Origin: Actinomycetota bacterium
Lineage (GTDB): Bacteria; Actinomycetota; Actinomycetes; Actinomycetales; Microbacteriaceae
Direction: 5' to 3'
NCBI GenBank assembly: GCA_046046195.1
Contig: JBJOKH010000010.1
Location: 2,837-66,836, forward strand
Length of the DNA: 64,000 bases
Made by a program: the position numbers and the translations under genes. Shown piece after piece: positions 1 to 12,100 of this stretch; the first letter of the stretch is position 1; each line of letters begins with the position of its first letter. Under the pieces are notes generated by a model. The model had not been told where the DNA came from and searched no databases. It saw only the letters and a program-made list of their open reading frames with translations.

Positions 1-675
1 GAACCCCAGCTCATTGGCTACCAGTAAAGGATCAAGTCCCAAGCTTGAGCCGGCTAGAGCACCGGCGCCATACGGAGACTGATTTGCACGAACGCGCCAG
101 TTATTGAGGCGCTCCAAATCCCTAACCAGTGGCCAAGTGTGGGCCAACAGGTGATGGGATAGCAGCACCGGCTGGGCATGTTGCATATGAGTCCTACCGG
201 GAATTGCTGATCCCAAGTGCTCCTGTGCACGGTCGGTGATTACTTCGATGAGTTCCCTTACCAGGTTCTCAATGGCTGTGGCTTCATCCATCAAGTAAGC
301 GCGAATCAGTGTTGCAATCTGATCGTTTCTAGATCTTCCAGCTCTCAGCTTGCCGCCTAAGTCAGCACCTGCAATCTCGATCACACCTCGCTCCAGCGCC
401 GAGTGAACGTCTTCGTCTTGTTCTTTAGGTGTGAAGCTTCCAGCCTGAACACGCTCCAGAAGCTGGGTCAGCACCTTGTTCAAACGCTCGGCCTCATCAT
501 TGGTTAGATAGCCAGCGGTGAAAAGCGCCTTGACGTGAGCCTTTGAACCTGCAATGTCGTACTCGGCCAATCTCCAATCAAAGTGAGTGGATTTGCTCAG
601 GGCCGCAACTGCATCAGCAGCGGAGGCGCCGAATCTGCCCCCCCAGAGCGAGCCTGGCTTAGCCTCATTTGCCAT
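1..675 (-). CDS. argH: Argininosuccinate lyase (5' part; runs off window start)
   Basis: Manual translation from ATG at 675: [16 protein letters not shown]...DEDVHS...[11 protein letters not shown]...[11 protein letters not shown]; follows argG. Not in ORF track because it is truncated. Confidence 0.95.
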   Translation of the reverse strand, partial: MANEAKPGSLWGGRFGASAADAVAALSKSTHFDWRLAEYDIAGSKAHVKALFTAGYLTNDEAERLNKVLTQLLERVQAGSFTPKEQDEDVHSALERGVIEIAGADLGGKLRAGRSRNDQIATLIRAYLMDEATAIENLVRELIEVITDRAQEHLGSAIPGRTHMQHAQPVLLSHHLLAHTWPLVRDLERLNNWRVRANQSPYGAGALAGSSLGLDPLLVANELGF

Positions 676-1861
676 GAGATCTTTTCGCCGAGATCTTGCT
701 TGGAAGTGCCCAGAGTTCAATGAAGCCCTTGGCTAAAGATGAATCGAAGCTGTCTCCAGTGTCGTAAGTTGCCAAGTTGAAGTCATAAAGGCTCTGCTCG
801 GAACGACGACCTGTTACAACTGCCCTACCGCCTCTTAGCTTTAGGCGGATTTCCCCAGAGACGTACCTCTGGGTGTGATCGATGAAGACATCTAGCGAGC
901 GCTTTAAGTCAGAGAACCAAAGACCTTCGTAAACCATGGTTGCCCACTTGTCTTCAATGCCCTTCTTGAAACGGTTTACGTCTCGCTCAAGTGTTAGGTT
1001 TTCAAGTTCTTCGTGGGCCTGAATCAACGCGATACCGGCTGGGGCCTCGTAAATCTCTCGCGATTTGATTCCAACTAGACGGTCTTCAACGATGTCGATG
1101 CGGCCAACTCCGTGGAAACCGGCAAGCTCGTTCATCTTCTTGACCATTTCAATGGCGCTGTAAACGACTCCATCAATAGCAACCGGTATGCCCTGATCAA
1201 ACTTGATTACCACCTCGGTTGGCTCCCTGAGCACATCAGGATCCTGGGTGTAGGTGTAAAGATCTTCGATTGGAGCATTCCAAGGGTCTTCTAGGAATCC
1301 GGTCTCAACTGCCCTACCCCAAACGTTTTGGTCAACCGAATATGGGCTCTTCTTTGACTGAGCAATTGGCAGATTGTGCTCTGCAGCGTACTCGATCGCC
1401 TTGTCACGAGTAAGGGCAAGGTCACGAATTGGAGCGATAGAAACTAGTTCGGGAGAAATTGCAGCTACCGATGCTTCAAAACGCACCTGGTCGTTACCTT
1501 TGCCGGTGCAACCGTGTGCGACAGTGTCGGCGCCTAGCTCTTTTGCGGTCTTGGCTAGGTACTTGGCAATCAAAGGTCTAGACAGCGCAGAAACCAGGGG
1601 GTAGCGCTTTTGGTAGAGAGCGTTAGCCTTTAGAGCCGGCATGATGTAGTCGTCTGCAAACTCGGACTGAGCGTTGATGACTACAGACTCAACAGCTCCA
1701 CAATCCAATGCGCGCTGTCTGATGACATCCATGTCTTCGCCGCCTTGGCCAACATCGATTGCCATGGCAACTACCTCTTTACCGGTAGCGTCCTTTAGCC
1801 AGCCGATACCAACTGAGGTGTCAAGACCGCCGGAATATGCCAGAACAACGCGCTGGGCCAT
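665..1861 (-). CDS. argG: Argininosuccinate synthase
   Basis: AYSGGLDTS and [13 protein letters not shown] motifs. Confidence 0.98.
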   Translation of the reverse strand: MAQRVVLAYSGGLDTSVGIGWLKDATGKEVVAMAIDVGQGGEDMDVIRQRALDCGAVESVVINAQSEFADDYIMPALKANALYQKRYPLVSALSRPLIAKYLAKTAKELGADTVAHGCTGKGNDQVRFEASVAAISPELVSIAPIRDLALTRDKAIEYAAEHNLPIAQSKKSPYSVDQNVWGRAVETGFLEDPWNAPIEDLYTYTQDPDVLREPTEVVIKFDQGIPVAIDGVVYSAIEMVKKMNELAGFHGVGRIDIVEDRLVGIKSREIYEAPAGIALIQAHEELENLTLERDVNRFKKGIEDKWATMVYEGLWFSDLKRSLDVFIDHTQRYVSGEIRLKLRGGRAVVTGRRSEQSLYDFNLATYDTGDSFDSSLAKGFIELWALPSKISAKRSHGK

Positions 1862-1917
1862 GTCTCTCCTAGAGTTTTCAAAAAACCATCCCGCAAAGCT
1901 TTGGGATTAGTTCAATC

Positions 1918-2847
1918 TTAGGCTTTGGACCGTTCAGCCAGCCAAACCATAAGGGCCTTTTGCGCGTGGAGGCGATTTTCCGCCTGATCCCAAACCACTG
2001 ACTGCGGCCCATCCAATACATCGGCGCTGATTTCGTAGCCCCGATAAGCGGGCAAACAGTGCAGGACTATTGCTTCAGGGCCTGCGATGCTCATTAGCTC
2101 TGCATCAAGCGTGAAGCCGTCAAAGTCCTTCAACTTTTGCTCCTTTTGGTCTTCCTGTCCCATCGAAATCCAGGTATCGGTTGCGACGACGTTGGAATCC
2201 ACCAAAGCAATTTTTGGGTCGGTATAGACATCAACCGAACCTCCGGTTGTTAGCGCAATTTCCTCTGCTTTTCGGTAAACCTTTGGATCCGGTTGGTAGC
2301 CAGCTGGTCCGGCAATTCGAACTTTCATACCTGCGGTGACGCCAGCCAACATATAAGAGTGGGCCATGTTGTTAGAGGCATCCCCGATGTAAGTGAGAAC
2401 CTTGCCTTTCGGGCTACCCAGCTTTTCTTGGATGGTTAACAGGTCAGCAAGCAACTGACAGGGGTGAAAGTCATCGCTAAGGCTGTTAACAACTGGAACT
2501 TTGGAGTTTGCAGCCATTTCTTCGAGTCCACTTTGTGCAAAGGTTCGCCAAACAATCATCGCTACCTGACGCTCTAGTACTTTTGCGGTATCTGCGACGG
2601 ACTCTTTGACTCCCAATTGACTGGTACCAGAGTCCATAATCAATGGGGCTCCACCTAGGTCGGATACTCCCACCGAGAACGAAACTCTTGTTCGAGTCGA
2701 AGTCTTGTCAAAGATTAGAGCAACAGTTTTCGGACCTGCAAAAACTTTTCTGGAGTATGGGTCAGCTTTGAGCTTTGTTGCTAAAGCAAGAACCTCGGCT
2801 TGTTCTGCTGGAGACAAATCGTCGTCACGCAAGAAATGGCGTGTCAT
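1918..2847 (-). CDS. argF: Ornithine carbamoyltransferase
   Basis: STRTR, HPCQ, HCLP motifs; start moved to MTRHFL (ATG 2847) behind an AGGGAG SD. Confidence 0.96.
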   Translation of the reverse strand: MTRHFLRDDDLSPAEQAEVLALATKLKADPYSRKVFAGPKTVALIFDKTSTRTRVSFSVGVSDLGGAPLIMDSGTSQLGVKESVADTAKVLERQVAMIVWRTFAQSGLEEMAANSKVPVVNSLSDDFHPCQLLADLLTIQEKLGSPKGKVLTYIGDASNNMAHSYMLAGVTAGMKVRIAGPAGYQPDPKVYRKAEEIALTTGGSVDVYTDPKIALVDSNVVATDTWISMGQEDQKEQKLKDFDGFTLDAELMSIAGPEAIVLHCLPAYRGYEISADVLDGPQSVVWDQAENRLHAQKALMVWLAERSKA

Positions 2848-2869
2848 AGAAAATCTCCCTTCGAAGTTT

Positions 2870-3760
2870 CTAAGGTAGCACCAAGGTGCCAACACCGCTG
2901 GAGGTGAAGATCTCCAGCAGAATGCTGTGTGGTGTGCGCCCGTCGATTATATGTGCTCTGGGGACGCCGCCGGCCAGAGCGTTCAGGCAAGCCTGCATTT
3001 TTGGAATCATTCCCGATTCCAACTCAGGCAAGAGCTCAGTTAGTTCCGCTACCCGAATTTCAGAAATCAATGAATCCTTATTTGGCCAGTTGCTGTAAAG
3101 CCCCGCTACATCAGTCAGTAGTAGAAGCTTTTCTGCTCCGAGTGCAACTGCTAGTGATGCTGCTGCTAAATCTGCGTTTACGTTCAACAGCTGCCCATCG
3201 GGACCGGGTGCAACTGTTGAGATGATCGGGATAACCCCCGTTGAAAGAGCCTCGAGAACAACCCTCGGGTTCACTTGGGTGACCTCACCAACTAAACCGA
3301 CATCTAACGCGTTTCCAGATTGATCTTGGGTTGTGCGCTCGGCCCTAAACAGATTTGCGTCCTCTCCAGATAGGACGACAGTTCTGGCTCCAGCGCCTTC
3401 AATCAACTTAGATAGGTCTGAAGAAATTTGATTTCGCAGCACATCTCGGACGACCTGAATTACCTCAGGCGTTGTGACTCGAAGACCGCTTCTAAACTCA
3501 GTTTGGAGTCCAAGTTCAGCAAGACGCGCGGTTATCTGCGGACCTCCACCGTGTACAACTACCGGCTTGATTCCCACAAACCTCAGGTAGGCCATGTCCT
3601 CTGCGAAGGCTCTAGTGAGTTCTTCGTCCACCATGGCGTTGCCACCAAACTTGATGACCACCACCTTTCCGTGGAAGTCCTGGAGCCAGGGTAAAGACTC
3701 GATGAGGGTCTCAGCCTTTATTCGAGCCAGAGCCGAATCTTGAATTTGGTTTGAGGTCAT
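2870..3760 (-). CDS. argB: Acetylglutamate kinase
   Basis: [27 protein letters not shown] motifs. Confidence 0.97.
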   Translation of the reverse strand: MTSNQIQDSALARIKAETLIESLPWLQDFHGKVVVIKFGGNAMVDEELTRAFAEDMAYLRFVGIKPVVVHGGGPQITARLAELGLQTEFRSGLRVTTPEVIQVVRDVLRNQISSDLSKLIEGAGARTVVLSGEDANLFRAERTTQDQSGNALDVGLVGEVTQVNPRVVLEALSTGVIPIISTVAPGPDGQLLNVNADLAAASLAVALGAEKLLLLTDVAGLYSNWPNKDSLISEIRVAELTELLPELESGMIPKMQACLNALAGGVPRAHIIDGRTPHSILLEIFTSSGVGTLVLP

Positions 3761-4908
3761 CAGCTGGAGTACTCGCTGTTCTCAATCACATACTCTTTCG
3801 TGAGGTCATTGGTGAGTATTGTTGCTGAAGCATGACCTGCGTTTAGGCCAACACGAATTACCACCTCACGAGGAGACAAATCCACTTTCGAGCGATCCTG
3901 GTCTGGTTCCCCTTTTGAAGAAACTCGAACGCCGTTGATTTCGACGTCGATGTCATAGGGGTCAAAGCTTGCAGAGGTTGTTCCAATTGCCGCGAGAATG
4001 CGGCCCCAGTTTGGATCATTACCGTAGATAGCCGTCTTGAAAAGATTGTTTCTGGCGATTGATCTGCCTACCTCGAGAGCATCTGATTCCGATACGGCTG
4101 AATACACCTGAATTTCTATTTCATGAGCTGCACCTTCGGCATCTTTCATGAGCTTTCTGGCCAACTCAATGCAGACTTGGTTTAGCAGCTGCTGAAACTC
4201 GGCTACGTCTGCTTCCACTCCACTTGCCCCAGAGGCCATCAAGATGACTGTGTCATTGGTTGAAGTGCAGCCGTCGGAATCTAGCCTGTCAAAAGAGATA
4301 GCGGTTGCTGCGCGAAGGAATTTATCAACATCTGAGACCACGGCGTCTGTTGTTATGACGACGAGCATCGTGGCTAGAGCTGGAGCAAGCATTCCTGCTC
4401 CCTTAGCCATGCCGCCAATGCTCCACCCAGAATTAGAAGTAGCAATTGCGGTTTTTGGGACAGAATCGGTAGTCATGATTGCTTGCGCGGATTCTTCACC
4501 CCCAGTTTCACTTATCTTTTCGCAGGCTAATTCAATGCCTGGGTAAAGCTTTTCAGTATCCAGCTGCACACCAATCAACCCGGTTGAGCAAACCAGTACA
4601 TCTTGCGTCGAAAGCCCAAGCTTGTCGGCTACCAATTCAGCAGACTGGTGTGTGACTTGGAATCCCTGAGCACCCGTATAGCAGTTAGCGCCTCCGCTGT
4701 TTAGTACAACAGCTCTCGAAGCTCCGTCTTTGATTGCCTCCATCGACCACAAAACAGGATTTGCTTTAGCGCGATTGCTAGTGAAGACAGCGGCCGCTGC
4801 GTCAATTGGTCCAGTGTTGTGCACAACGGTTATGTCCAAGTTTCCATTGGACTTTAACCCTGAAGCGCATGACCCAGCGCTAAATCCTTTCGGAAAAGTG
4901 ACGCTCAC
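3760..4908 (-). CDS. argJ: Ornithine acetyltransferase / N-acetylglutamate synthase
   Basis: [27 protein letters not shown] motifs. Confidence 0.97.
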   Translation of the reverse strand: MSVTFPKGFSAGSCASGLKSNGNLDITVVHNTGPIDAAAAVFTSNRAKANPVLWSMEAIKDGASRAVVLNSGGANCYTGAQGFQVTHQSAELVADKLGLSTQDVLVCSTGLIGVQLDTEKLYPGIELACEKISETGGEESAQAIMTTDSVPKTAIATSNSGWSIGGMAKGAGMLAPALATMLVVITTDAVVSDVDKFLRAATAISFDRLDSDGCTSTNDTVILMASGASGVEADVAEFQQLLNQVCIELARKLMKDAEGAAHEIEIQVYSAVSESDALEVGRSIARNNLFKTAIYGNDPNWGRILAAIGTTSASFDPYDIDVEINGVRVSSKGEPDQDRSKVDLSPREVVIRVGLNAGHASATILTNDLTKEYVIENSEYSS

Positions 4909-5951
4909 GGAGTTAGGCCATTTCTTTCAAGACCAAGTGTTTCGCTGTATCCCAAAGCTAAGTTCAATGACTGTATTGCTCCGCCGGCTGTTCCCTTGAC
5001 GAGGTTGTCAATCGCCGAAACGATGACGACTCTCCCGCTGTGCTCGTCTAGGGAAATCCCGATCGATGCGTTGTTGGACCCAACCACAGAGCCAGTGGTT
5101 GGAAACTCACCCTCTGGCAAGACATGGATAAATGTCTCGTCACCGTAGGCATCCGCGTAGGCATCGTTTAGGTTCTTCAAGGTAGTGCCCGGTTTAGCCT
5201 TCGCCGTGTTCACTGCGAGTATTCCTCGAGACATCGGCACCAGCACTGGGGTGAAGGAAATGGACACGGTTTCTCCCGCTGCCTTATACAAGTTCTGCTC
5301 TATTTCAGGTGTGTGCCGGTGAATTCCACCGACGCCATATGCATTTGCGGATCCCAGTACTTCACTTGCCAGAAGGCTGGGAGCTAGTGACCTTCCTGCT
5401 CCTGAAGTTCCGACCGAGAGTATCGACACGATGTCTTTGCCTTCGATTAAGCCTGCGGTTAGAGCAGGAGCGAGAGCGAGAGTAATCGCGGTGACGTTGC
5501 AGCCCGGAACAGCAATTCGATATACATTCCTAAGCTGGCCGCGTTGCTTACCACCGGCTGCCAAAGTTAATTCAGGTAGTCCGTAGGCCCACGTTCCTGC
5601 GTGGTCTGTCCCGTAGAACTTTTTCCAGGCCGCTGAATCTTCGAGTCTGAAATCCGCACCGCAGTCAACCAGATAGCTAGTGTCAGATAGCCAACTTGCA
5701 ACCTCGGCACTTTTTGCGTGAGGCATTGCCAGAAACACAACATCGTGGCCAATCAGATTTTTTTGAGTGGTCTCGACAAAAACTAATTCCGAATGGGTTG
5801 AATTTCCTGGGTGCAGGGCTGAAACCTTTTCCCCAACATTGCTGTTTGCCGTGACAGTTTTGAGTTCCAGCTCTGGGTGATTAGCAACCAAGCGCATTAG
5901 TTCCCCGCCAACGTAGCCACTGGCTCCTGCTATTGCAACAGTTAATGCCAT
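4905..5951 (-). CDS. argC: N-acetyl-gamma-glutamyl-phosphate reductase
   Basis: [26 protein letters not shown]; start moved to MALTV (5951) with GAAGGGAG SD. Confidence 0.96.
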   Translation of the reverse strand: MALTVAIAGASGYVGGELMRLVANHPELELKTVTANSNVGEKVSALHPGNSTHSELVFVETTQKNLIGHDVVFLAMPHAKSAEVASWLSDTSYLVDCGADFRLEDSAAWKKFYGTDHAGTWAYGLPELTLAAGGKQRGQLRNVYRIAVPGCNVTAITLALAPALTAGLIEGKDIVSILSVGTSGAGRSLAPSLLASEVLGSANAYGVGGIHRHTPEIEQNLYKAAGETVSISFTPVLVPMSRGILAVNTAKAKPGTTLKNLNDAYADAYGDETFIHVLPEGEFPTTGSVVGSNNASIGISLDEHSGRVVIVSAIDNLVKGTAGGAIQSLNLALGYSETLGLERNGLTP

Positions 5952-5976
5952 TGTGGAACTCCCTTCGGCTTTCAAA

Positions 5977-8475
5977 TTAGGAACGGATTTGTGCGTTGAA
6001 CTTCTTCTTAGCAAGCTCTACTCCGCTGTCGCGGGCTTCACTCGCCTCAGTCTGAGTAAGAGTTCGATCCATAGCCCTGAAACGGAGGGCAAATGTTAGG
6101 GACTTCTTACCTTCTGGAACATTGCTGCCTCGGTAATCGTCGGTCAGGCTTATCTCCTCGAGAAGCTCTCCCGCTCCTTCTTGTACCGCTGATAGAACTT
6201 CAGCAGCAGACACTGAAACGTCAACCACCAAGGACAAATCTTGAGTTGCTGCAGGAAGCGTCCCAATAGGCTTTGCAACAACAGTCGAAGGGGCCAAGGC
6301 AAATAGTGCGTCTAGGTTGATTTCAAAAACCCCAACGGTTCTTGGCAAATCGTTCGCTTTACTAATTGATGGGTTCAATTCACCCACAACCCCAACCACT
6401 GAACCGTTTACCATGATTTCCGCTGATCTACCTGAATGCAGTCCCTTTGGTTTGGCCTGTTTGAGATCAATCTTTACGCCCACAGCTGAGGCGACAACTC
6501 TGGCCGCCTGGATTGCATCTTCCACGCCTGCCGATGCTGACTTAATCCCTGGTTGATTGCCTAACCGCAATCCAACAAACAACCCTGCAAGGTTTTTAGG
6601 CTGCGCTGGAATGGCTGCTTTCAGTGAATCGAGTTCAGCTTCTGCTGGTCGCTTGTTGGTTGAAGGAAAGGCTGGAGTTTTCGCAGAGGATGAAACGAAA
6701 ACCGACCCTTGCTCGAAAATTGAAAGATCGGTTAGACCTCTTGAGTAATTTCTGCGAGCAGTCTCGATAAGACCTGGCAGCAGTGACATGCGAAGTTGGT
6801 TCGCTTCCTCCTGAATCGGGTTTGCTAAGGTCACTGCCTTCGAAGAATCCGAGAAAAGATTGTTTGAAGCGGCAGAGACAAATGGATAACTCAGGACTTC
6901 TGTCAATCCTGAAGCTGCCAGTGCGTTGAGCGCACCGCTTCTGAACTGCTGGTCGCGTGTAAGCCCGCGGCCAGGAGGTGCAATTGGAAGTCTTGACGGG
7001 ATCCGGTCATAACCTGTGATTCGGGCAATTTCCTCAACAAGGTCGGTTTTATGAGTTAAGTCGGGACGCCAACTTGGAACCGTGACTTTGAATCCCTCTG
7101 ATGACTTAGCCACTTGAGATCCGATTGCCTTGAGCACTTTCTCAATTTCGTCAGCGCTGTAGTCAACGCCAACTAGAGACGACGCAAAGTCAATAGGAAG
7201 CAGTATTTCGGTTGCCGGTTCAAAATCTGAGTATGTGGCTCCCAACGAACCAGCTTGTCCGCCAGCATAAGTGGCAAGAAGTTCGATCACTCGAGCTGCA
7301 GCGAGCTCTCCTATTCGTGGATCAACTCCGCGCTCATACCTTTTTGAAGCTTCAGAAAACAACTTGTGTCTTCTAGCTGAACGAGCAATAGAAATGCCGT
7401 CGAAGTGAGCGGCTTCAATCAAGACATTTTTTGTGGTTTCAGATACTTCCGTCGAGAAGCCACCCATAACACCAGCCAGCCCAATCGGACCGGAATCGTC
7501 AGTGATTAGCAAATCTTCTTCGTGCAGCTCTCGTTCTTGGCCATCCAGAGTCTTCAGGGTTTCCGATTTACGAGCCCGGCGAATTAGGAAACTTCCTTTG
7601 ATTTTGTCTAGGTCGTATGCGTGCACCGGTTGACCAAACTCAAGCATCACGTAGTTTGTGATGTCAACGGCAAGTGAAATTGATCGCATGCCGGCTAACT
7701 TCAATCGAGCGCGCATCCAAGTTGGCGTAGGTCTAGTCGCATCGATTCCGGTTGCGGTGCGAAGAATAAAGCTCTGTGAAGTCTTTCGTCCTCGAATAGG
7801 TGCCTCGTCTTTGACGGTAAGGCCAAAACCCTCACCATCAACGGCAGTAGCGGTAAGTGCCGGGTCCCTATAAGTCGCGCCAGTTGCATGCGAGTACTCT
7901 CTGGCAACGCCGCGAATTGACAAGCAGTAGCCGCGATCAGGAAGAACGTTGATTTCGGCTGCGCTATCAAACAGACCTAGGAGTTCAATCGCGTCGGTGC
8001 CGACCTCTGGGTCAAGACCCATGGTTGATAGACGCAAAATACCATCGTGATCGTCTGAGAGATTTAGTTCGCGTCCGGAAGCAATCATTCCGTCACTTGT
8101 GTGTCCGTAGGTAGAGCGGGCGGAGATTGCAAAGTTTCCTGGTAAGACGGCCCCCGGAAGGCTAACCACAACCTTGTCCCCCACCTCAAAATTAGAAGCA
8201 CCACAAACAATTCCTCGCACGGCAGCACCACCATCGGCTGCCTTCTTGCCATCTGGGGCAACTCGAACCTGACACCACCTAATTGTTTTTCCGTTTGCCT
8301 GAGGTTCTGGAGTAAATTCCAAAACTTCACCGACTACAACGGGACCCTTTACGTCAAAGGTGTGTACAGCTTCTTCTTCAAAACCAACGCGAACCAATTC
8401 ATCCATAATCGATGCTGGAGTTGAATTGGCTGGAAGATCCACGTACTCGCCGAGCCAGCTGAGTGGAATGCGCAT
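5977..8475 (-). CDS. pheT: Phenylalanine-tRNA ligase beta subunit
   Basis: MRIPLSWL start, [30 protein letters not shown]-terminus. Confidence 0.98.
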   Translation of the reverse strand: MRIPLSWLGEYVDLPANSTPASIMDELVRVGFEEEAVHTFDVKGPVVVGEVLEFTPEPQANGKTIRWCQVRVAPDGKKAADGGAAVRGIVCGASNFEVGDKVVVSLPGAVLPGNFAISARSTYGHTSDGMIASGRELNLSDDHDGILRLSTMGLDPEVGTDAIELLGLFDSAAEINVLPDRGYCLSIRGVAREYSHATGATYRDPALTATAVDGEGFGLTVKDEAPIRGRKTSQSFILRTATGIDATRPTPTWMRARLKLAGMRSISLAVDITNYVMLEFGQPVHAYDLDKIKGSFLIRRARKSETLKTLDGQERELHEEDLLITDDSGPIGLAGVMGGFSTEVSETTKNVLIEAAHFDGISIARSARRHKLFSEASKRYERGVDPRIGELAAARVIELLATYAGGQAGSLGATYSDFEPATEILLPIDFASSLVGVDYSADEIEKVLKAIGSQVAKSSEGFKVTVPSWRPDLTHKTDLVEEIARITGYDRIPSRLPIAPPGRGLTRDQQFRSGALNALAASGLTEVLSYPFVSAASNNLFSDSSKAVTLANPIQEEANQLRMSLLPGLIETARRNYSRGLTDLSIFEQGSVFVSSSAKTPAFPSTNKRPAEAELDSLKAAIPAQPKNLAGLFVGLRLGNQPGIKSASAGVEDAIQAARVVASAVGVKIDLKQAKPKGLHSGRSAEIMVNGSVVGVVGELNPSISKANDLPRTVGVFEINLDALFALAPSTVVAKPIGTLPAATQDLSLVVDVSVSAAEVLSAVQEGAGELLEEISLTDDYRGSNVPEGKKSLTFALRFRAMDRTLTQTEASEARDSGVELAKKKFNAQIRS

Positions 8476-9516
8476 TTAGAGCACCATCCCAAACTGTTGA
8501 CTGAAGCGAACATCGCCTTCAACCATGTCGTGCATGTCGATGACTTCATTTCTAAACATCAAAGTCCGCTCGATGCCCATACCGAAAGCAAAGCCGGAGT
8601 AAACCTCAGGATCGATTCCGCTTGCTCTAAGAACGTTCGGGTTGACCATGCCACAGCCACCCCACTCAACCCATCGAGCTCCCCCTTTGGCGCCCGGGTG
8701 CCAAACATCTAACTCAGCAGATGGTTCGGTGAATGGAAAGAAGGAAGGGCGAAGACGAATCTTGGCTTCTTCACCAAACATGATTCTGGCAAAGTGCTCA
8801 AGGGTGCCGCGAAGATCGGCCATGCTAAGACCCTTGTCAATGGCAAGCCCCTCAACCTGATGAAAAACCGGCGTGTGGGTCGCATCCAACTCGTCGGTTC
8901 TGAATACCCGGCCTGGACACAAAACATAAATCGGAACTTCACGATCCAGCATGGAGCGCACCTGGACCGGAGAGGTGTGAGTTCGCAACACTAGTTTCTG
9001 CTCGGTCGGTTCTATAAAGAAGGTGTCCTGCATGGCTCGAGCCGGGTGGTCTTCGTCGAAGTTCAACGCGTCGAAGTTGAACCACTCGCTCTCAACTTCT
9101 GGCCCCTCGGCTATTTCCCAGCCCATGCCAACGAACACGTCGGAAATCTTTTCTTGAAGCAAACTCAGCGGATGGCGCGCTCCGGTGCGACCAATACGTC
9201 CAATTGCCGTAACGTCGACGGCTTCCTTCTCCAGAAGTTTCGCTTCTTCGGCTGCTCCCAGGCTTGCTTCCGAAGATTCGAAAGCTTCAGTGACTTTTGC
9301 CCTTGCCGCTCCTACTAACTTTCCAGCCTCGGCCTTCTGGTCTGCGGGCAGCTTGCCGAGTCTGGCGCTTAGGCCTGCTAGAGCAGAGCCATCTCCGAGA
9401 ATTGAACTCTTTGCTTTCTTGAGTTCGGCTATAGATTGAGCCCCCGAGATTTCAGCCAGGGCAGTTTCAACAGCCTTGGTGACTTCTGCTTGTGAAATAC
9501 CTTCGGAGGTGGACAT
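8476..9516 (-). CDS. pheS: Phenylalanine-tRNA ligase alpha subunit
   Basis: [36 protein letters not shown]. Confidence 0.98.
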   Translation of the reverse strand: MSTSEGISQAEVTKAVETALAEISGAQSIAELKKAKSSILGDGSALAGLSARLGKLPADQKAEAGKLVGAARAKVTEAFESSEASLGAAEEAKLLEKEAVDVTAIGRIGRTGARHPLSLLQEKISDVFVGMGWEIAEGPEVESEWFNFDALNFDEDHPARAMQDTFFIEPTEQKLVLRTHTSPVQVRSMLDREVPIYVLCPGRVFRTDELDATHTPVFHQVEGLAIDKGLSMADLRGTLEHFARIMFGEEAKIRLRPSFFPFTEPSAELDVWHPGAKGGARWVEWGGCGMVNPNVLRASGIDPEVYSGFAFGMGIERTLMFRNEVIDMHDMVEGDVRFSQQFGMVL

Positions 9517-9534
9517 AGTTCTAAAGTTTACCGA

Positions 9535-10329
9535 TTAGCTGTTCTGAGCGAAGGCTGACGCGTACATACATACGCTGGCCGCGGTTGCCAGATTGAGAGA
9601 CTCGGCAGCACCAAAGATGGGCACTTGTACCAGCTTGTCGGCGAGAGCCGAAACCTCAGGTTCCAGGCCCCATGCCTCGTTGCCAAACAACCACAAGGTA
9701 GGTTTTGCCAGCTCAGTTGAGTCGATTGTGGCTAAAGAATTTCCAGCCACATCGGCTGCAAGAACTGCCAACCCAGCATTCTTGAACTTTTCTAGGGTTG
9801 TTGGGATTTCAGCATCAATCACAAATGGCAAATGGAACATCGAGCCAGTTGTTGATCGAACTACCTTTGGGTTGTAAATGTCGACACTACCTTTACTGAA
9901 CACAACGGCGTCCGCGCCGGCTGCGTCTGCTGCACGCAGCACGGTGCCAGCATTGCCTGGATCACGAATCTGAGCCAAGAAAGCAACCAATTTAGGTTTT
10001 CCTGCCAAGACGTCATCTAGCGAAACGTGGAACTGCTGGCAGATGGCAACAACACCCTGAGGTGTTGTTGTGTCGCTCAGCTCTTTGAGCACTGCCTCGG
10101 AAACTAGATTTACGCTCACTCGAGCATCCCGAGCACGAGAAATCAAATCGGGATACTTTTCTTCAAAGCTTTCGGTCGCAAACAACTTCTCAATTAGCTT
10201 TGGTCGCTGCAGAGCTTCTTTGAGCCCTTGAGGTCCCTCAAGCAGAAAGAGCCCGGTCTCTGACCGGGCCTCTTTCTTAGTGAGCTTTGCGACCCCTTTA
10301 ATTTCCGCTTGGGAGGGATCTTGAATCAA
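9535..10329 (-). CDS. TrmH/SpoU family RNA 2'-O-methyltransferase
   Basis: DPGNAGTVLR, FGNEAWG, ESLNLATA SPOUT motifs; usual position between rplT and pheS. Confidence 0.92.
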   Translation of the reverse strand: MIQDPSQAEIKGVAKLTKKEARSETGLFLLEGPQGLKEALQRPKLIEKLFATESFEEKYPDLISRARDARVSVNLVSEAVLKELSDTTTPQGVVAICQQFHVSLDDVLAGKPKLVAFLAQIRDPGNAGTVLRAADAAGADAVVFSKGSVDIYNPKVVRSTTGSMFHLPFVIDAEIPTTLEKFKNAGLAVLAADVAGNSLATIDSTELAKPTLWLFGNEAWGLEPEVSALADKLVQVPIFGAAESLNLATAASVCMYASAFAQNS

Positions 10330-10334
10330 TTTGC

Positions 10335-10718
10335 TTAGCTCGCCTTAGGTGCTGAGGTGTCCTTAGGCAATGCAGCCTTCGCAGTTGCAACTAGCGAAGC
10401 AAAAGTTGCTGGCTCGTTGACTGCTAGTTCGGACAAAATCCTACGGTCGACCTGAACGCCTGCAAGCCCCAGTCCCTGAATGAAACGGTTGTATGTCATT
10501 CCGTTTGCACGAGATGCAGCGTTGATGCGCTGAATCCAGAGTCTACGGAAGTCACCCTTGCGAGCCCTGCGGTCGTTGAACGCGTAAACCAACGAGTGAA
10601 GCATCTGCTGCTTCGCCATGCGGTAAAGCCTTGAACGCTGCCCGCGGTAGCCCTTTGCACGCTCTAGTACAACGCGACGCTTCTTCAGCGAGTTGACTGC
10701 GCCTTTTACTCTTGCCAT
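10335..10718 (-). CDS. rplT: 50S ribosomal protein L20
   Basis: MARVK...AKGYRG.RS...[11 protein letters not shown]. Confidence 0.98.
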   Translation of the reverse strand: MARVKGAVNSLKKRRVVLERAKGYRGQRSRLYRMAKQQMLHSLVYAFNDRRARKGDFRRLWIQRINAASRANGMTYNRFIQGLGLAGVQVDRRILSELAVNEPATFASLVATAKAALPKDTSAPKAS

Positions 10719-10741
10719 TTTCTAACTCCTAAAATCGTCGG

Positions 10742-10936
10742 TTACTTGCCGAGCTGCTTCTTGATGGTCTTAAAGTCGGCAGCGGAAACTACCTGGTCAG
10801 CGTTCAAACGACGCTTACGTCTAGATGACATGTGCTCTAGGTTGTGGCGCATGTTGATCTGCTGCTTCATGAGCTTGCCACTACCTGTAAAGCGAAAACG
10901 CTTCTTGGCGCCCGAGTGGGTCTTCTGCTTTGGCAT
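10742..10936 (-). CDS. rpmI: 50S ribosomal protein L35
   Basis: [14 protein letters not shown]. Confidence 0.98.
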   Translation of the reverse strand: MPKQKTHSGAKKRFRFTGSGKLMKQQINMRHNLEHMSSRRKRRLNADQVVSAADFKTIKKQLGK

Positions 10937-11563
10937 TTACTTCTCTCCTGTTTCGTCAGCAGCCTCTTCGACTACTTCTTCGGTTTTTGCAGCTTTAGAC
11001 TCGGCCTTAGCAGCTTTGTCTGCAGCTTTCTTTGCATCGGCTTTCGCTTCCGCTTTGTTTCTAAGTGGACCAATGACCATGACCATGTTTCGGCCGTCAA
11101 TCGACGGTGTCGATTCAACGGCGCCAAACTCGGTCACTTCTTCAGCCAACTTCTGAAGCAACTTGATTCCCATCTCCGGACGAGATTGCTCTCTTCCTCG
11201 GAAAACCACCATCACCTTTACCTTGTCGCCGGCCCTAAGAAACTTCTCAATCTGAGCTTTCTTTGTGCCGTAATCGTGACCGTCGATTTTCAAACCAAAT
11301 CGAACTGTCTTTAGGACAGTGTTGACCTGGTTCTTGCGAGCCTCGCGGATTTTTTGAGCAGCTTCATACTTGAACTTGCCGAAATCCATGAGCTTCGCAA
11401 CCGGTGGGCTGGATTGTGGTGAAACCTCTACGAGGTCCAAGTCTGCTTCTTGCGCCATGCGCAATGCATCCTCGATTTTTACAACTCCAACCTGTTCACC
11501 CAATGCACCTACGAGGCGAACCTCTGGTACGCGGATGCGGTCATTGATGCGGGGATCGCTGAT
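10937..11563 (-). CDS. infC: Translation initiation factor IF-3, non-canonical AUC start
   Basis: Frame extends 20 codons upstream of the tracked TTG to ATC-AGC-GAT-CCC-CGC-ATC-AAT ([18 protein letters not shown]); AAGGAG SD 6 nt upstream of the ATC. Confidence 0.93.
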   Translation of the reverse strand: MSDPRINDRIRVPEVRLVGALGEQVGVVKIEDALRMAQEADLDLVEVSPQSSPPVAKLMDFGKFKYEAAQKIREARKNQVNTVLKTVRFGLKIDGHDYGTKKAQIEKFLRAGDKVKVMVVFRGREQSRPEMGIKLLQKLAEEVTEFGAVESTPSIDGRNMVMVIGPLRNKAEAKADAKKAADKAAKAESKAAKTEEVVEEAADETGEK

Positions 11564-11599
11564 CTGGTACTCCTTATCGACGTGACAATGGCCACACCA

Positions 11600-11723
11600 A
11601 AAGCACCAAGTGCTAGCGGAAATGCAGAACGCAAAAAAGCTTTACCCGGCAACCTAATAAGTCGGTAGACGCGGGTGGGAAACTAATCCACTTCTGACCA
11701 AGGCCATAAAGACCTTGGAGCCA
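11600..11723 (-). promoter_or_regulatory. Putative L20-type ribosomal protein leader upstream of infC-rpmI-rplT
   Basis: ~160-nt leader after TAGGCT -10 (11730-11735); contains AGAAGTGGA...TCCCACCCG...CGGGT, resembling L20 leader architecture; position fits. Confidence 0.55.
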
Positions 11724-11761
11724 TGGGATAGCCTAGCATCAAAGCACTCTAAGGAGAATAG

Positions 11762-12100
11762 TTGTCTGAATACGACAAGATCCAAGACCAAATCACCGAA
11801 ATCTCGGACCTTCCAGCCGTTGAGGTCATCGGTCGCTACGCCGTAGACCTGCTAAGTGTGGCAGCGGTGCAGTGTGGTCTGGCTGCCGATGGGCGAAAAG
11901 GGGACCTGGATGAGGCTCGCAAGCTAATCACCGCTGTGGCTGGGCTAATCACCGCAGCCGCCCCTGATCTTGGAGATCACCACGCCAGACCCCTTCGCGA
12001 TGCCCTTCGCCAGGTTCAACTGGCCTTTAGGGAAGCTTCTGTCATAAAGGACGCACCTGGTCAAGGTCCCGGCGAAAAATACACCGGACCGGTGAACTAA
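11762..12100 (+). CDS. DUF1844-like conserved actinobacterial protein
   Basis: DLDEARKLI..LRD.LR..QLAFREAS...PGQGPGEKYTGPV; usual position divergent from infC; AAGGAG SD. Confidence 0.8.
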   Translation: MSEYDKIQDQITEISDLPAVEVIGRYAVDLLSVAAVQCGLAADGRKGDLDEARKLITAVAGLITAAAPDLGDHHARPLRDALRQVQLAFREASVIKDAPGQGPGEKYTGPVN

